Shown here: positions 21,511-34,464 of the stretch, piece after piece
Numbering within the stretch: position 1 is the first letter of the stretch
How the letters are laid out: every line of letters begins with the position of its first letter
DNA from: Guillardia theta CCMP2712
Taxonomy: Eukaryota; Protista; Cryptophyta
Length of the DNA: 64,000 nt
Direction of reading: 5' to 3'
NCBI RefSeq assembly: GCF_000315625.1
Contig: NW_005434557.1
Coordinates: 157,807-221,806, forward strand
Notes under the pieces: model-generated
What the model saw: the letters and a program-made list of their open reading frames with translations, nothing else
The model's database searches: none
Told to the model about the DNA's origin: nothing
Position numbers and translations under genes: made by a program

Positions 21511-22719
21511 GCGAGAAGGAGTTGGCGCAAGGATGCACCACCAAAAAGCTTCGTTGTTATGTGACGAGTTGAAGGAGAGTAGGGTGGGAATGCTGATGAG
21601 AAACCATACCACCATGGGCTTAGACCTTTTGAAGGTTGAAGAATTAAGAATGCTTATATAACCACACTAACTGACTGGCGAATCATTTTGTACTGTCCGT
21701 TGCGGGCTGCGATTTGATACTTGTTTCAGTGATACGGCCACAGTGAACGCTATGAGAAAATGGAGGATAAGATCGGATTTTGGTTGAACAGTAAACTTAC
21801 AGATCTGACAAGGATCATTGAACGGTACACTTCCAGACAGTCTCGAAGAGCAGACGGGAAGAATTGTAATAAGGAAAGAAGCAAATGCAGTTTGGTCTCT
21901 ATCGATACGACTGTAGTTGCCGATGCTTTTCCCCTCATCATCTCTTGGAATCTCATTAGCCTCTCTGATAGTATCGCAGAAATCGTGTATCGTCACATGG
22001 GTTTTGCGGAATCATTATTGGTATTGCTGAGATATCATTGCGCCTGATTCCCACAATCTGCACTTGCAAATCCAAAAACTCCAGACATACGTCCAGTGCT
22101 CAATGCTTCAGGGATGTGGTTGCTATGTCTAGCTTCTGACAGTGACACTGTCACAAGCATGTTTTCAAAGGGTTCGCCGGCAGTCAAGTCGGGATGATGA
22201 GTTTCACATCAGCATGCCACTGTCACGCCAGGCCCAGTGACAATCGGGGTCGTAGATTTCTGATGTACCGAGCGAAGGTAAAGAGTGTGAGAGTACCGCA
22301 GGACTCCGGGGATCTCAACTTGACATGCCCGGGAGATCTCAGCAACCATCCGGATTTTTATTGTAGATCTATAGTTTATTGTCAGATTAGGATATTATTC
22401 CGTACGAGTCGAAGGTGTTGTATATCTGCCCTTTTCTGAGATCGAAAGCAGTACCGGTCAAGGGCCAAATACTACCAATGAGGGGGTACTAGATCTACAT
22501 GGTGTATCTGCTCTGAGATTTGATCTGGACGGGTGTCCGGTCAACTATAGGTTCTTTTTTACTCAAAGTTAAGTTAAAGATTCAATTTTAAGTACCAATA
22601 AATAGTTTTTGAGTGATTTTTGCTAGTCACTTCCTTGATAAAATCTATTGTATATTTTTATTTTGTACCAAGATTGTATTTGTAAAAGCTTTTGATCCCG
22701 GTACAACAAAAAGTACGAA

Positions 22720-25505
22720 ATGGCGGAACCAAGAGAAGGAGAATGCCGGTTTGGACGCGAATGTCGAATGCAAGGAGCTCCATGCAACCCTGCGACTGGC
22801 ACTGGACATAAGTGCCGGAAATGTGGTGGCAACTTTCATGCAGTGTGTGCCAGCTTTCGAAGCGAGGATCCTGGATTTTGTGGTTGTAAGTCGCCGCCTC
22901 CTCCCAGCGATGATGTGCAGTCAGCGATAGCAATTGACGAATGTGAAGGAGATGGCATGTCAGTGTCCTCTTGCACGTCACAGGTAGATGATGGGATGGA
23001 GGGACCAAGCTCGATGTTTCAAAATCCCACTGCTGCTGCAAGACCCAACAAAGCACGACCAAAGAGAAAACATTCTGCTACAGAAGCTGAGTCTGCTTTG
23101 TGGGACAGCTTACGCGTACAGGACGAAGCAGCGCTCGAAGCATCAGTGGAAGCTATCCGCGGGAATACGATATCGAAGAAGAGCAGGAAGACGTATACCA
23201 GCTCCATGATACGTTTTTTGCAATGGCTCTATGTCAACAGAAAAGAAGTTCTCACCAAGGAGTTCAGGGAGCTCATGGAAAGACAGAATATCATGAACTT
23301 GCACTACGTTCCTGATAAAGATCTGCTGCATGATATCCTGACGCGTCGTGAAATCAAACCCATCGACTTTGAAAATAAGGAATCAACCGATCCAAAGTGT
23401 AGATTTACATCCACAGCTTTCATTGCATGGCTTGAGCATTTGAGATGTCAACGCGAAGCGGTTGGAAACTCTGAGAATGGTGCGTATGCATTTAGCACTT
23501 TGTCAGGACACAGATCTGGTCTGTTTGATCTTTATCGTCACTACGGATTCGAAGTGCCTTCCGAACTTAGCAATTCGTTGAGGAAGGATTTCAAGGGGGT
23601 GAAACGAACAGTTGCTAAAGGTGCATCGGAGACGAAAGATGTTAAAGTGAGCAGTGGGAAGGACTCATTATCATTCGAAGGATACAAAATGTTAGGGAAT
23701 TTCAGTTTCAAGCAAACAGGCACAGAATGGATTTTTTTCAGGACTATGCTGATCATATGCTGGAATCTCATTTGCAGAGCAAGCAATGGAATCAAAATCC
23801 TCTACAACCATATGGAATTCTTCGAGGATGCGCTCAAAATTTACATCATTCATCAAAAGAATGATCAGGGAGGAGAACGACAACGGGATGTGAAACACAT
23901 TTACGCCAATCCTTTAAATCCAGACATCTGCCCCTTGCTGGCCCTTGGTAAGTGAATTGATATTACTTCCACTGAATTGATATTACTTCCACTGAACGCA
24001 GGCATTTACTGGTGTTGCTTTGGAATGAACGATAACGGACATGGAAAACTGTTCCCGGGCAATAATCAGTTCGACCGTTTCAGCAAAATCATCAACAGGT
24101 TCCGCAACAACGAAAATCTCAAAGATGCCTTCAAATTCCTGGGAATAGACATACAGAATATCGGGTCACACAGTGTAAGAAAAGGTATTGTACATGGTTA
24201 TGTATCCCCTCGGATCCAACGACTGATGTTGTGCAAAGGATCCGCTACTTATTGTTCCGGTGGAAGTCCAGATGGTCCAAGCTATGTTCCTCTGAGTAAC
24301 AGGTGACAAGCATTACAATATCCATCACAGGATTCTGGCCTGAGCCTTAGCGCAGAATAGGCCGGAAGATGGGACCTGTGCAAGACATGAGGGTGGAGGC
24401 TGCAGGTGATTCCCGTCTCTGAGGTGACATGGAAGGGCAGCGACTTGACCACGCTTTAGGCGACCAATATGTGGGAAGGACAGCGACGGGCCTGCCCCTG
24501 GACAAGGCAGAGTTTGCCACGTTGCCCCCCTACTTTCGCTGGTCTGATGGAGATGAAAGAGCATTTGTATCGTCTTACATCTCGGAGATGTTCCCTGGAA
24601 TTACAACCAAACTGTATCTTGTCGCAGAGCACGCTGTGGCTTCTGTTGTGTATCATTCTGAATTTTTGATGAAGACACTCCCGAAGGAACATGCTTTGTT
24701 GGCTACTTGCCTGTTCACGCAACAAGGAATTCTTCAACGAATGAAGAAAATGGTGACAATTGAGGGCGATGGCAGACGGTGTACAGGCATTCCAGCACAT
24801 GTTACAATCCTCAGAGGCATGAAAAGGCTTGAAGCTAGCAGGAAGGAGGTACAAACGCGTGAAACGCAAACAGACATTACTCTGATGGCATCAAACTCAG
24901 TGAACAATGGCAACATGGAGCAGAGTCACTGTGTTGGAAATATCGAAGAGATGATGATGATGCCAACTGTGCTTCAGAAAGTGGAAGAGATGATGACAGC
25001 TCGATTTCGTCATATGGAGGATATGTTAGAGGTCCTGATGAGAAAGGTGAATGGGAGGGCAGACTGTCAAAGCAGTCAAAGACAGCCTGCACAAGTTGAG
25101 CAGAGTGGAACATTGCAGGTGAACGGATACAACTGGGGTCGACGCATTCGCCTTCTGCCAGAAGATTTTTTATGGCCAAAGATGTTCGTTGATGTCGCAT
25201 ACGAGTGGTGGATGCAAGGAAATGCAGAAAAAGGGTATCCACCTTTCAAAAACCTGGAACCGAGTGATTTTGCCGACCAGAATGCAAGGAAACGTTTGAG
25301 TGACTTCAGGTATCTGATGGGCAAAATAGACCAATGTGCACAGGAGAAAGGAGTGTATAAGGAGAACGCAACCATGGAGGAAACCAAGGAAATCTTCAAG
25401 CAGTGCGTGGAATGCTTGAAACTACCGATGAAAGAAGGGAGGCAAAGACGGACCTGGCAGTCTGTAGCGACCTGGTGCAGAGAACAAGACGGATTCCAAC
25501 ATTGA
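22720..25505 (+). mobile_element. Crypton-type (CryptonS-like) tyrosine-recombinase gene, 5 exons, N-terminal Cys/His finger; catalytic W and Y absent
   Basis: Motifs LSGHRSGLFDLY, GKDSLSFEGY, WNLICRASN (R), QKNDQGG (K), HIYANPLNPDICPLLALG, IGSHSVRKG (HxxR), AAGDQYVGR, C-terminal FLWP..AYEWW.QG...YPPF. GT-AG introns at ~23948-24001, 24186-24238, 24303-24355 and 24406-24459 keep the frame. Element termini not identified. Confidence 0.82.
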
Positions 25506-25944
25506 GAGCCAGTAGAAAGACAACTGAGATGATTACCGTGACAGAGTTTCTAACAAGATGTATCACGTATGCAAGTGCCGATGGATGTTCCACAGAAAAA
25601 GTGAGTGGTAATGGACGTGCAGGAATGAAGGATGAAGGTGATGGTAGACTAACGGAGTTTGAGGTTGTCTGTATCCTTGCGAAGTGGCGAAATACTGATC
25701 ATATTTGAATCGTGAGATTGTAGTTCAAGATCATTCTGTACATCATACATCCATTGTCATATGGCTAGCTATGATGTACAGAGGAAAGGAATGCTCTCAT
25801 CTACTCAGAATCGCCAACAGCACTGTGTTTCTTCCTCTTCTGAAGCCATTACGCAAAATTTATAGGATATTTATTTGCTGTCTTTCATCTTGTTCTGAGA
25901 AATGGAACAAAGTTCTGGCCAAGGCTCGAACAGTCCCGACTACC

Positions 25945-27620
25945 ATGATTGCCGAGGCACTTGCGAAAGTCGCTCAGGCAAAGGAGAAGTTGCTTGCCAA
26001 GACAGGCGATGTTGAAAAGGCATGAGCTCTAGTCCGGCTGAGAGAGGCAGAGCACGATCTGACTGTGCTCAAGGGAGCTGACGGTGAGCTTGAAGGCGAC
26101 GAGAAGAGAGTGGAGGCACAAGTGCGGCTGAGGAGACAGGAGCTCAAGCTAGCCGAGCACAAAGGCGAGAAGGAGTTGGCGCATGCTGAAAGAAATTTAA
26201 TGGAGGCGAATCTCAATCTCTCTGTGGCAACTGCGAGTGAATTGCTCAGAAATGCAAGAGAGGAAGATCTTCCTCGACTTACAAGGAACTCGAGGTTGCA
26301 AGGTATGCTCTGATCTCACACCAAGGTGATGGCGCAGGCAAGTTCCTTTCAGGTGAGTCTTGATGCTGGCCCGGAGTTGTATACCCTCACTGCGTTTTGT
26401 GCAGTTCTGTGTGAAATGGCCGCCAAAGATAACGTAATAGAAGTGGCGAAGAAATTGAAGAAATGCCTGAACGAGAGCCTTGATAGAGGATGGAAGGCAA
26501 CATCATCACGGGTACAAGCAAGCAAGCAATTCAGTGATTTGAACCCAATCAACAAACTAGTCATGAAAGAGCAAGACGCTGAGGAATCTTACGTCTGCGT
26601 AGTTGCTCTGGGAGTGGAAAGTCTCTTTGCGCTGCCGATTACTTTGTTCGGAATGAAGGTGACAGCATTTGTTTCTCTTCAACCCTGTAGAAGGGGACCA
26701 GACATACCAAGTGCAACCCATCTACAAGAACTTGCAACTCATCACGCAACTGATGAGCAAGGCATTAGAGTGCGATCTTAGTATCTTGACCAAGCAGTAG
26801 GTTGGATCGATGAAGCAAACAGGTCCTCTAACCGCATTGAATTTCAATTTCAGTACCGGACGACCAAGCGGGTGGCATGTGCTGGGAGTCCTCGGTTGGC
26901 TGTGGGATGAGTTGACCACCATCGCCCCGGTTTCTATAGAAGAGGCAGCTGGATGGAAAACGCGTTGGGTGCTTGTGGACGAGGTGATTCCTCCTCGGAA
27001 AGACGATACTCGCTTTTTCTCAATAATCGCAAAACTCGTGTTATTGACCAACTCTGGAATCAACTGCATCATGTTGGGGACCAACGCTCTGGTCATGAAT
27101 TTCGTACAAGTTACGCGAGTGTCTGAAGACGGTCGCGAGGCTGGTCGAATGCTCTGCTTGACACGTCGCTCTCTTCCTCCATACATCTTGCCGTCAAACA
27201 GTGCTCAAAAGGCCCTGAACAGGATTTTCGGTACACCGCTCTCAGTCATAGTTCGCCGCTCTAAGTCATAGTTCACCAAACAAGTAAAAATGGATTGACT
27301 TGGTACAAGATCATCAAGTTGATCATATGACGAGACCTGGTCCGGAACGAAGGTTTCCGTTTCGAGCTCGACGAGTCACATCTGAGTAAGTACACGGTTC
27401 AACGGTTGTCAAGTACGATCTTTGCAGTGAACGAGTTGGATTGTTTTGTTCACTCTCATCCCCAGAACGTGAAGAAAGCACGAAAAATGACAATTGTCTG
27501 GACGTTGACAGAGAGTGTATGAAGCTCAGCTTCTGTTTGATGAAGTCATCATCAGGTGACTTGCTGCGCCAACTGCACATCACGATCGGAAGCAGAACGT
27601 CTACCTCATCATGAGGGCTC
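25945..27620 (+). pseudogene. Degraded coiled-coil plus possible P-loop NTPase (CRN/Crinkler-like) gene
   Basis: Stop-interrupted frames. The coiled-coil part is paralogous to 21300-21530. Later WVLVDEVIP (Walker-B-like) and CIMLGTNALVMNF. No intact Walker A seen. Confidence 0.35.
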
Positions 27621-27973
27621 ATCGTCGATGCTTCCGCAAAGGACCGTCCGTGATCGGCAGAGTCTCGGCCGGGCCGCGTCACGCCGGGTTGCTCAGCTCC
27701 TCCGATCACCAATCGGACGGCGCGACTCGTGAAGACTTTGTTCGCGTGACCAACGTGATGAACACAGACCGTCTGGGGAACTTCAAGCCCAGCTCGTCAT
27801 CGGCGACCCGCCGGATCCGTCAGAGGAGCTCGGAACTCGCCGTCATGAGTCCGACTGGCGGGCCGCCGGGGGGCCCGGAACGAGCGGGGATGAGGGCGTG
27901 GCTTGGTTGTTTCTGGGATCCGGTGCGCAACATGTCGGGATCAGTAGGAGATGGTTGCGGGTAGGCGGCGACG

Positions 27974-30432
27974 ATGCGGCGACCGCTGCCTCCTCCTCCT
28001 CGCATGCCCACCAGCCTCGAGCTCCTGCTCCTGCTCCTGTTGGCATGGACGAGCGTCGGCGAAGCCATGGAATCATGCAGAGCAGAGGACGGGAGAAAAG
28101 AGGTCGAGGAAGGACCGGGAGAGGCGATTTCAGAGCGGGCGAGGGCAGCCCTGTCCTCCTACGAGAAGCTACACGCGAGGATACTTGATCCGAGAGAGAA
28201 GAAGATCAAGAGGAAGTTCCTCGTCCTGCAGGTGAAGAGCATGCTTCCTTGTCGCTGGAAGACGCGTCTGTTGCTGATACTGTATTGCTCCAGCCTCTGC
28301 TCGGGATGGGGAACTCTCAGATAGAGGAAGCGACTGCCCTGCTGCTGGCGATGCAGACTCGGCGAGCTCTTGTTATCGATCTCTTCGACAGGAGGTTCCG
28401 CGCTTGTCGGGGCGAGTGTGCTGGTATCCTCACTTTGTTTCTCGCCATCACTGCCGCCACCTCCTGCCATCGCCATCTCGCTCCAGTGTCGGAGACGGCG
28501 GTCCATCATGGTACGCACCGTATCTTGAGACGTACAACAGATCGCACATGGACATGGACAAGGTCTCTCAGCCGATGTCGATCAGCATGGCTGACAAGAG
28601 CCTGGTAGGAGCGGCTTGCGACCTTCCTCCAGAACAACTCTGAGACGAGCCTCCTCCCGGAGGTCAAACCCTGATCTCCACTCCTCGCACATGCTCCTGC
28701 ACTTGTGCGCCTGCTTGCTGGCTCACGCAACTTCTGGTGCAGTTCCGAGAGCATCTATACGCTCAATTCAACGAACTTGTTGCATGCAAGGTCAGCCTGT
28801 CTCCTTCCTGTCTTCCTCCTCCTCCTCCTCCTCCTCCTCCTCCTCCTCCTCCTCCCTGACAACCGACACATTCCAATCTTGACGCCTCCTCTCCTCCTCT
28901 TACCCTCTTCCTCTCAAACCCTCTCTTCCTCTCTCCTCCTCCTCTTCTTCCCCTTCCTCCTCCTTCCACCTCTGAAGCGATGACGAAGCGATGGGATCGC
29001 GCGCTGACCGGCAAGACTGTGGCGAGTCGGGGAAGGTTCCTGGGGTACCTGCCAGGTGAGGCAGGAGGCTCCAAGGCTGCTAGTGAGAGGACACAGCCTA
29101 CCACAACCAGCATCACGGGAAGTGGCTGAGACAAACCTTTGGGGCCTTCTTCTTCCACTTTGCCCTCAACTTTCTCCACCGGCCGTCGAAGGAGGTCAAG
29201 CTCAAGGTTTGTTTGCGCTGGGAGTGCTGGGAGGCGAGTGAGGGGAGAGGAACAGGTGCAAGGGATCAGGAGCAAGTATCTGCTTCACAGCAACTGCTCG
29301 ATAGGAATCCACATACGGTGAAACATATCCTTGTCCTCTGAAATTGCTGTTGTATCCCCATCCCCCTCCTGCTCTGCTCTGCTCTGCTCTGCTCTGCTCT
29401 GCTCTGCTCTGCTCTGCTCTGCTCTGCCCTGCTCTGCTCTTCTTCTCTTCTCACTCGCTGTCTCAAGGTGGGGGAAACCCTCCGACCACTATCACTACGT
29501 CGATCACAACAGGCCGGAAGAAAGCCTGAAGAAGTACCTTGACTGCAGGTTTAATTTCTTACCTCGCCCCAGTCCCCCCTTCTCATTCTCCTCCTCCAGC
29601 CTCCAACTCTGCCCCAACAAGAACACTACTGTCTACCTGCTAGCGACGGACTCGGTCTCCCAACTCTCATCAGCATATTCTGCATGCCTGACGGCCTGGC
29701 AGCACTGGGTCCGCAAGGAGTTCCGCAAGTTGGTTCCCGACCAGGTCAGAGTTTGGAGCAGCAAACACTCAGTAAAGCCTGACAATCGCCATCACGTTCA
29801 TGTAAGCTGCGTGCTGGGCTAGTCTTGCTCCTTTCTTACTCGTCGATGCTCCTCCTCTTCCCAGGCACTGACGGAACAGATCGCCCTGGGGGAGTGCGAT
29901 CATATCATCACAACCAGGTCTAGTGCGAACCCTTCTCTTCCTTTTCTCGGACCCTCCCTCACGTCCTCCCCTTTCTACTCGCCCTCACCCTTGTCCAACT
30001 ACCGATCCCAACCCATACTGTCACATCCACTAATCTGAAAGAATTCTTGATCTCATCGCATTGATCTCAGGCTTTCAACCTTCAGTTTCTCTATCCATGC
30101 GCGAGCGAACAAGCGGCCATGGGTAGTCGCCAAGGACTCTCCATCATGCAAGGTTCTGCTATCAGGACTTTGAGTCGAACAAGGCGGTTCTAATGATTGA
30201 GGTGCTACAGAGATTGAGCCACAGTCAAGATGGACTGTTTGCAGATCCACCAATCCATGACAAGTCAGTTTCCTGCACCCTAATGTCTATTGTACCCTCT
30301 CTCTGCTTCCTCTTCTCTGTCCTCCCCTCTCCCTCCCTCTTCTCTGCTCTTCCCTCTCCCTCTCCCTCTCTCTCTTCCTCTTCGACAAGCCCCTTGCTCT
30401 TCCTCGCAGTCATCAAGGCCAAGAGGTTGTGA
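27974..30432 (+). CDS. Secretory-pathway fucosyltransferase-like glycosyltransferase (GT23/GT37/NodZ-type fold); multi-exon
   Basis: Signal/TM LLLLLLLAW, GMGNSQ..ALLLAMQTRRALVID, IGIHIR (motif I), VYLLATDS (motif II), ALGECDHIITT..STFS (motif III). Confidence 0.7.
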
Positions 30433-30783
30433 CGATGGAGATGCAGGTGGCCGTGGCAGAAGAGCTACTTCAAGGGCCTTAGCTGCTTCACACACTTCAA
30501 CAACTCTCTTCTCTCCGCAATGAACGGATACAACGGCGGCGGCGGCAGCAGCAGCCAGGCCTGCTTAATCTCTCCTCTCTGTCCTGTCTGAGGAGCTGGG
30601 ACTGATAAGGGTAAGGAGACTCACTTTCGCAACTGGGAGCATGATAAACACGCGCGCGTTCGTCGATGAGTTTTCACTTGTTTTACTAGAACAACAACAA
30701 ACCATGACACATCTCGACCATTCACATCACATCTTGTGTCTACTCACATGAGAGTGAACAAGCGCGCCGACCCTCCGCTTCCT

Positions 30784-31250
30784 TCACGCCGTCCTTGACT
30801 TGATTCCTCGCCCTCGCTTCGCAGTCTTGACAACGGGTTGGCCCTTGCCGGCCCCGATGCTGTTCTTGACCACCGCCTTGGAAAAGCTCGAGCTCTCCGA
30901 CGTCTTGCACCACTTCTCGTACTCGTCAATGTGCATCCCGTCCGCGCGCGGCATGCGGTTGCGATGCCACTGAGCTAGCCGCTTCTGGTAGTCGGCTTCT
31001 CGCTTCGCCTTCTCCTCCGCATTGAGCGCCTCTATCATCTCTTTCCTCGTGTTCAAGTCCCTCGACACCTGCAGCTTCAGCTCTTGGATGTTCTGGGAGG
31101 CTCCTCTGAGGCCGAGGGTGAGCGAACCGTCGCGTGCCGGGTGAGGATCAGGTCGTCGAAGAGAAGCAGCGTCTTTGGACGAGCGGGAGAGCACAGCATG
31201 CAGACGAGGCTCCAAACCCACGTGCGAGCGCGGAGGGTACGAGGACATGC
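30784..31250 (-). CDS. Hypothetical small basic protein
   Basis: Codon-biased exon NIQELKLQVSRDLNTRKEMIEALNAEEKAKREADYQKRLAQWHRNRMP... to stop at 30784. 5' structure uncertain. Confidence 0.5.
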
Positions 31251-32190
31251 CAGACTCTCAGGAGGAACGGCAGAAGCAGTCCGAGGTTGGAGGACTGAGG
31301 AGGAGGAGAGGGAGGAGGAGGAGAGGGAGGAGGAGGAGAGGGAGGAGGAGGAGAGGGAGGAGGAGGAGGAGAGGGAGGAGGAGGAGAGGGAGGAGAGGAG
31401 AGGGAGGAGGAGGAGGAGAGGGAGGAGGAGTAGGCGAGGGCGGGGAGGACGCGATGAGAGGGATGATACAAGCCTGAAGAAGGGAGCTGATCGAAGGTGT
31501 TAAGTCAACATTGTGGGTGGGTGGTACCACCCCACCATACTAAATATACTCATTTGTTGGGAAATAGGGGGATGAGACCATATCAAGTCAGGACCAAGAA
31601 TGTACCAGACTCTAGGGGGGTGGGGTGGTGTAAGATGACTCTCGGAAGTACCAAAAGCAAAAAAGAGGGACTCAGGGGGGTGGTAGGGTACTTAGCTTTC
31701 CGTTCGGAACCTCGGAACTCCAATTTAAAGGGTGGGGTGGTATACATGAAAAGGGTAGGGTATACTACCCCACCCCAGGAATTGCCACCTATAGATTTGA
31801 AGGTCGAACGCGCCACTCGGACTCTCGAAGGGCAACTTGAAGAGTTTTGAAGTCAATGGAGGGGGTGGTAGGAGATGATGGTAGGGTCCTGATGTGCCCC
31901 GGTGATCATGGATATGGGGGAGGGGGTAGGTGTCAGTAGGGTATGGAGAAATCAGTGAGTCAAACAGGAGGTAGGGGTGGTAGATATGGGATTGGGTGGG
32001 GTGGGTGATCAAGTGTATCTACTGTCGCTGACGGAGGACAAAAAAAGAGTCAAAAAGAATCGTGATGAGGCGGGCTTGACAGTTCTTAGCTGTGTTGTCC
32101 TGGTGCCGCCCGAGTGCTCTGTCACACCATGCTGGTAATGATCCTCCTCCTCCCCCGACCGGCTCCTGCTCCTGCTCCTGCTGCTCCCGA

Positions 32191-32239
<49 letters not shown>

Positions 32240-32252
32240 GCTCCTGCTCCTG

Positions 32253-32283
<31 letters not shown>

Positions 32284-32591
32284 CGCTCCCGCTCCTGCTC
32301 CTGCTCCTGCTCCTGCTCATCATTTGCTTCTTCCCTGTTCCCTGCCCTTCCTCTCTCTCCCCTTCCCTCCCTTTCAATCCTCCCCCTGCTCCCGTCGGAA
32401 CTTCTTCTCCCCTACACTCACCTCCCCTTCATCATCGATGGTTTTTGAGGCCTCTCTCTATCTCATTCGTGCAGTCAACAAGGAAAGAAGAGGAAGATGG
32501 CAGATGGAGAAGCAGGAGGGGGAGGGGGGAGGAGATACGGACGAGGGTCATTCGGATCTGATTGGAGGAGTAGGGGGAGGGGGAGGATGGG

Positions 32592-32743
<152 letters not shown>

Positions 32744-32829
32744 CGCTTCCCACCAGTCGTTCGTCACTCCGAGCGCGAGGTCTTTGCCACTTCAAACACG
32801 ACAGCACCCCCCAGCATGCGCACTGACAG

Positions 32830-34462
32830 CAGGCGAGACACGTTGGCCGAGAGCGGCACGCCGAGATGCTCTGAAGAGAGGGGCAGTGAGCAAGGAGCAT
32901 GGCGACGAAGGTGCTCGCGGATCGGAGGTGAAGGTCGTACATTCTAGGTCGAGCCGCTAAGTTGTGCTCGGGGGGAGGGGGCAGGTGAGCGCATGGAAGG
33001 TGATGCTAGTCGCACTGCTCCTCTTCTCTTCGTCAGGTAGGCAGAGGAGGAGCCGGTCGCGATGCCGCTCATGCTCGTTCAGCGATGTTCCCCTCGCAAG
33101 CAAGCTCAGAGATCATTATGGACCAGTACGGGAGGCCTCAGGTGCCCCAACCTCTCCAGCCTCTCCTCCTCCTCAGTGCTCTCTGCAGCAAAAGATCTGC
33201 CCCGTCGCCTACTTCCCTTGCTGGCAAGACGGGTAGGAGCAGCAAACAAGTCCAGGAGGCTGAAAGTTAGAGCACGAGCGGGGGGGGCGGGGGGGCGGGG
33301 GGGCGGGGGGAACTGCAGAGAGAGACAGAGGAAGGAGGAAGTGGAGGTCAGAGGGAGAGAGGAGGGAGAGGGAAGGGAAGAGGAAGAGAAGGAGGTCAGG
33401 ACAGGGAGTAGAAAAGGGAGATATGGAGAAGGAGGATGAAAACTTTTCAGGTATTTCTGCTTCCGTCCCATCTACTGTCAAGGAGAGTTCAGCCCAGAGG
33501 TATTCCTACTCCTGCCGCTCCTCTCCCCTCCCTCTCCCCTTTCTCTCCTCCTCTCTTCCCCCCGCTTCGCTGGTCTCACCTTTCCGTGACAGGGTACACT
33601 CAACGCCGCCATCATCTTCACGGGTCTTCTCGCTCCCACCTTCGTCATCTGGTGTGGGAGCTGCAGGAGGGATAGGAGGGAGAGGAGGGAGAGGAGGGAG
33701 AGGAGGGAGAGGAGGGAGTGGAGGGAGAGGTTGAGCGCTGCTGTAGGAGGAGGAAGCTCGGGCTCGATCCTGATCCAAACACGGAGGAGGGGATGGTACT
33801 GCCCTCCGAGCATGCTGCTGCTGCCTTTGATGCTGCTGTGAAGGCTTTCTATCGGAGCAAGTACAAGCTGGAGGGCAGCAAGGGGAAGGAGGCGGGGAGG
33901 AAGGTGGAGGGGAGGAAGGTGGAGGGGAGGAAGAGCTCCTGGTTCTCCCGCAACCTCGACGGTGAGCACGAGCTCATAACTTGTTGGGTGGACTGAAGGC
34001 CATGCAGGAGGCGAGCAGGGGGGAAGAGAAGGAGAGGAATGAATATCTCGTTTACTCGATCTCTGGCACAGCGAATGCTTGTCAGGTTGCAAGCAGAGAT
34101 GGCAGCGAGGGGGGAGAGGGCGAGGGAGAGGGGGGTGGGGGGGGGTCGAGAGGCGATTTTCACTATCGTCCCAGCCAAGAAAACCATCCTCTGCTCTTGT
34201 GGGCGTTGACGGGCGAGGGAGGAGACGGAGGCGAAAACTTCTCTGTGAGCAAACGAGGGTGAGGAGAGGAGACAGAAGGAGGGAGGAGACGGAAAGGGGG
34301 AGGAGGGACAGGAGGAAGGTAGGGAGACAAGAGGTCGGGGAGGAAGGCGAGATGAGCAGACGGAGGGGAAAGAGCAAACCTCCTCCTGCTCCCTTCACGG
34401 TCTGCTGGCTGGGCGGAGATGATGCTTTCATCGCCTTCGCCGCTTCCCGTTGCTGCTGGTGA
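32830..34462 (+). CDS. Hypothetical multi-exon protein
   Basis: Coding-like segments bounded by AG/GT between purine-tract introns (EEGMVLPSEHAAAAFDAAVKAFYRSKY; NEYLVYSISGTANACQ; VCWLGGDDAFIAFAASRCCW). No family recognised. Confidence 0.4.
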
Positions 34463-34464
34463 GG

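Noticed and set aside
21216-26313. Flanking direct repeats as LTRs
   Set aside because: Homology is short, diverged and coding-like, with no TG..CA ends, PBS or RT/integrase.
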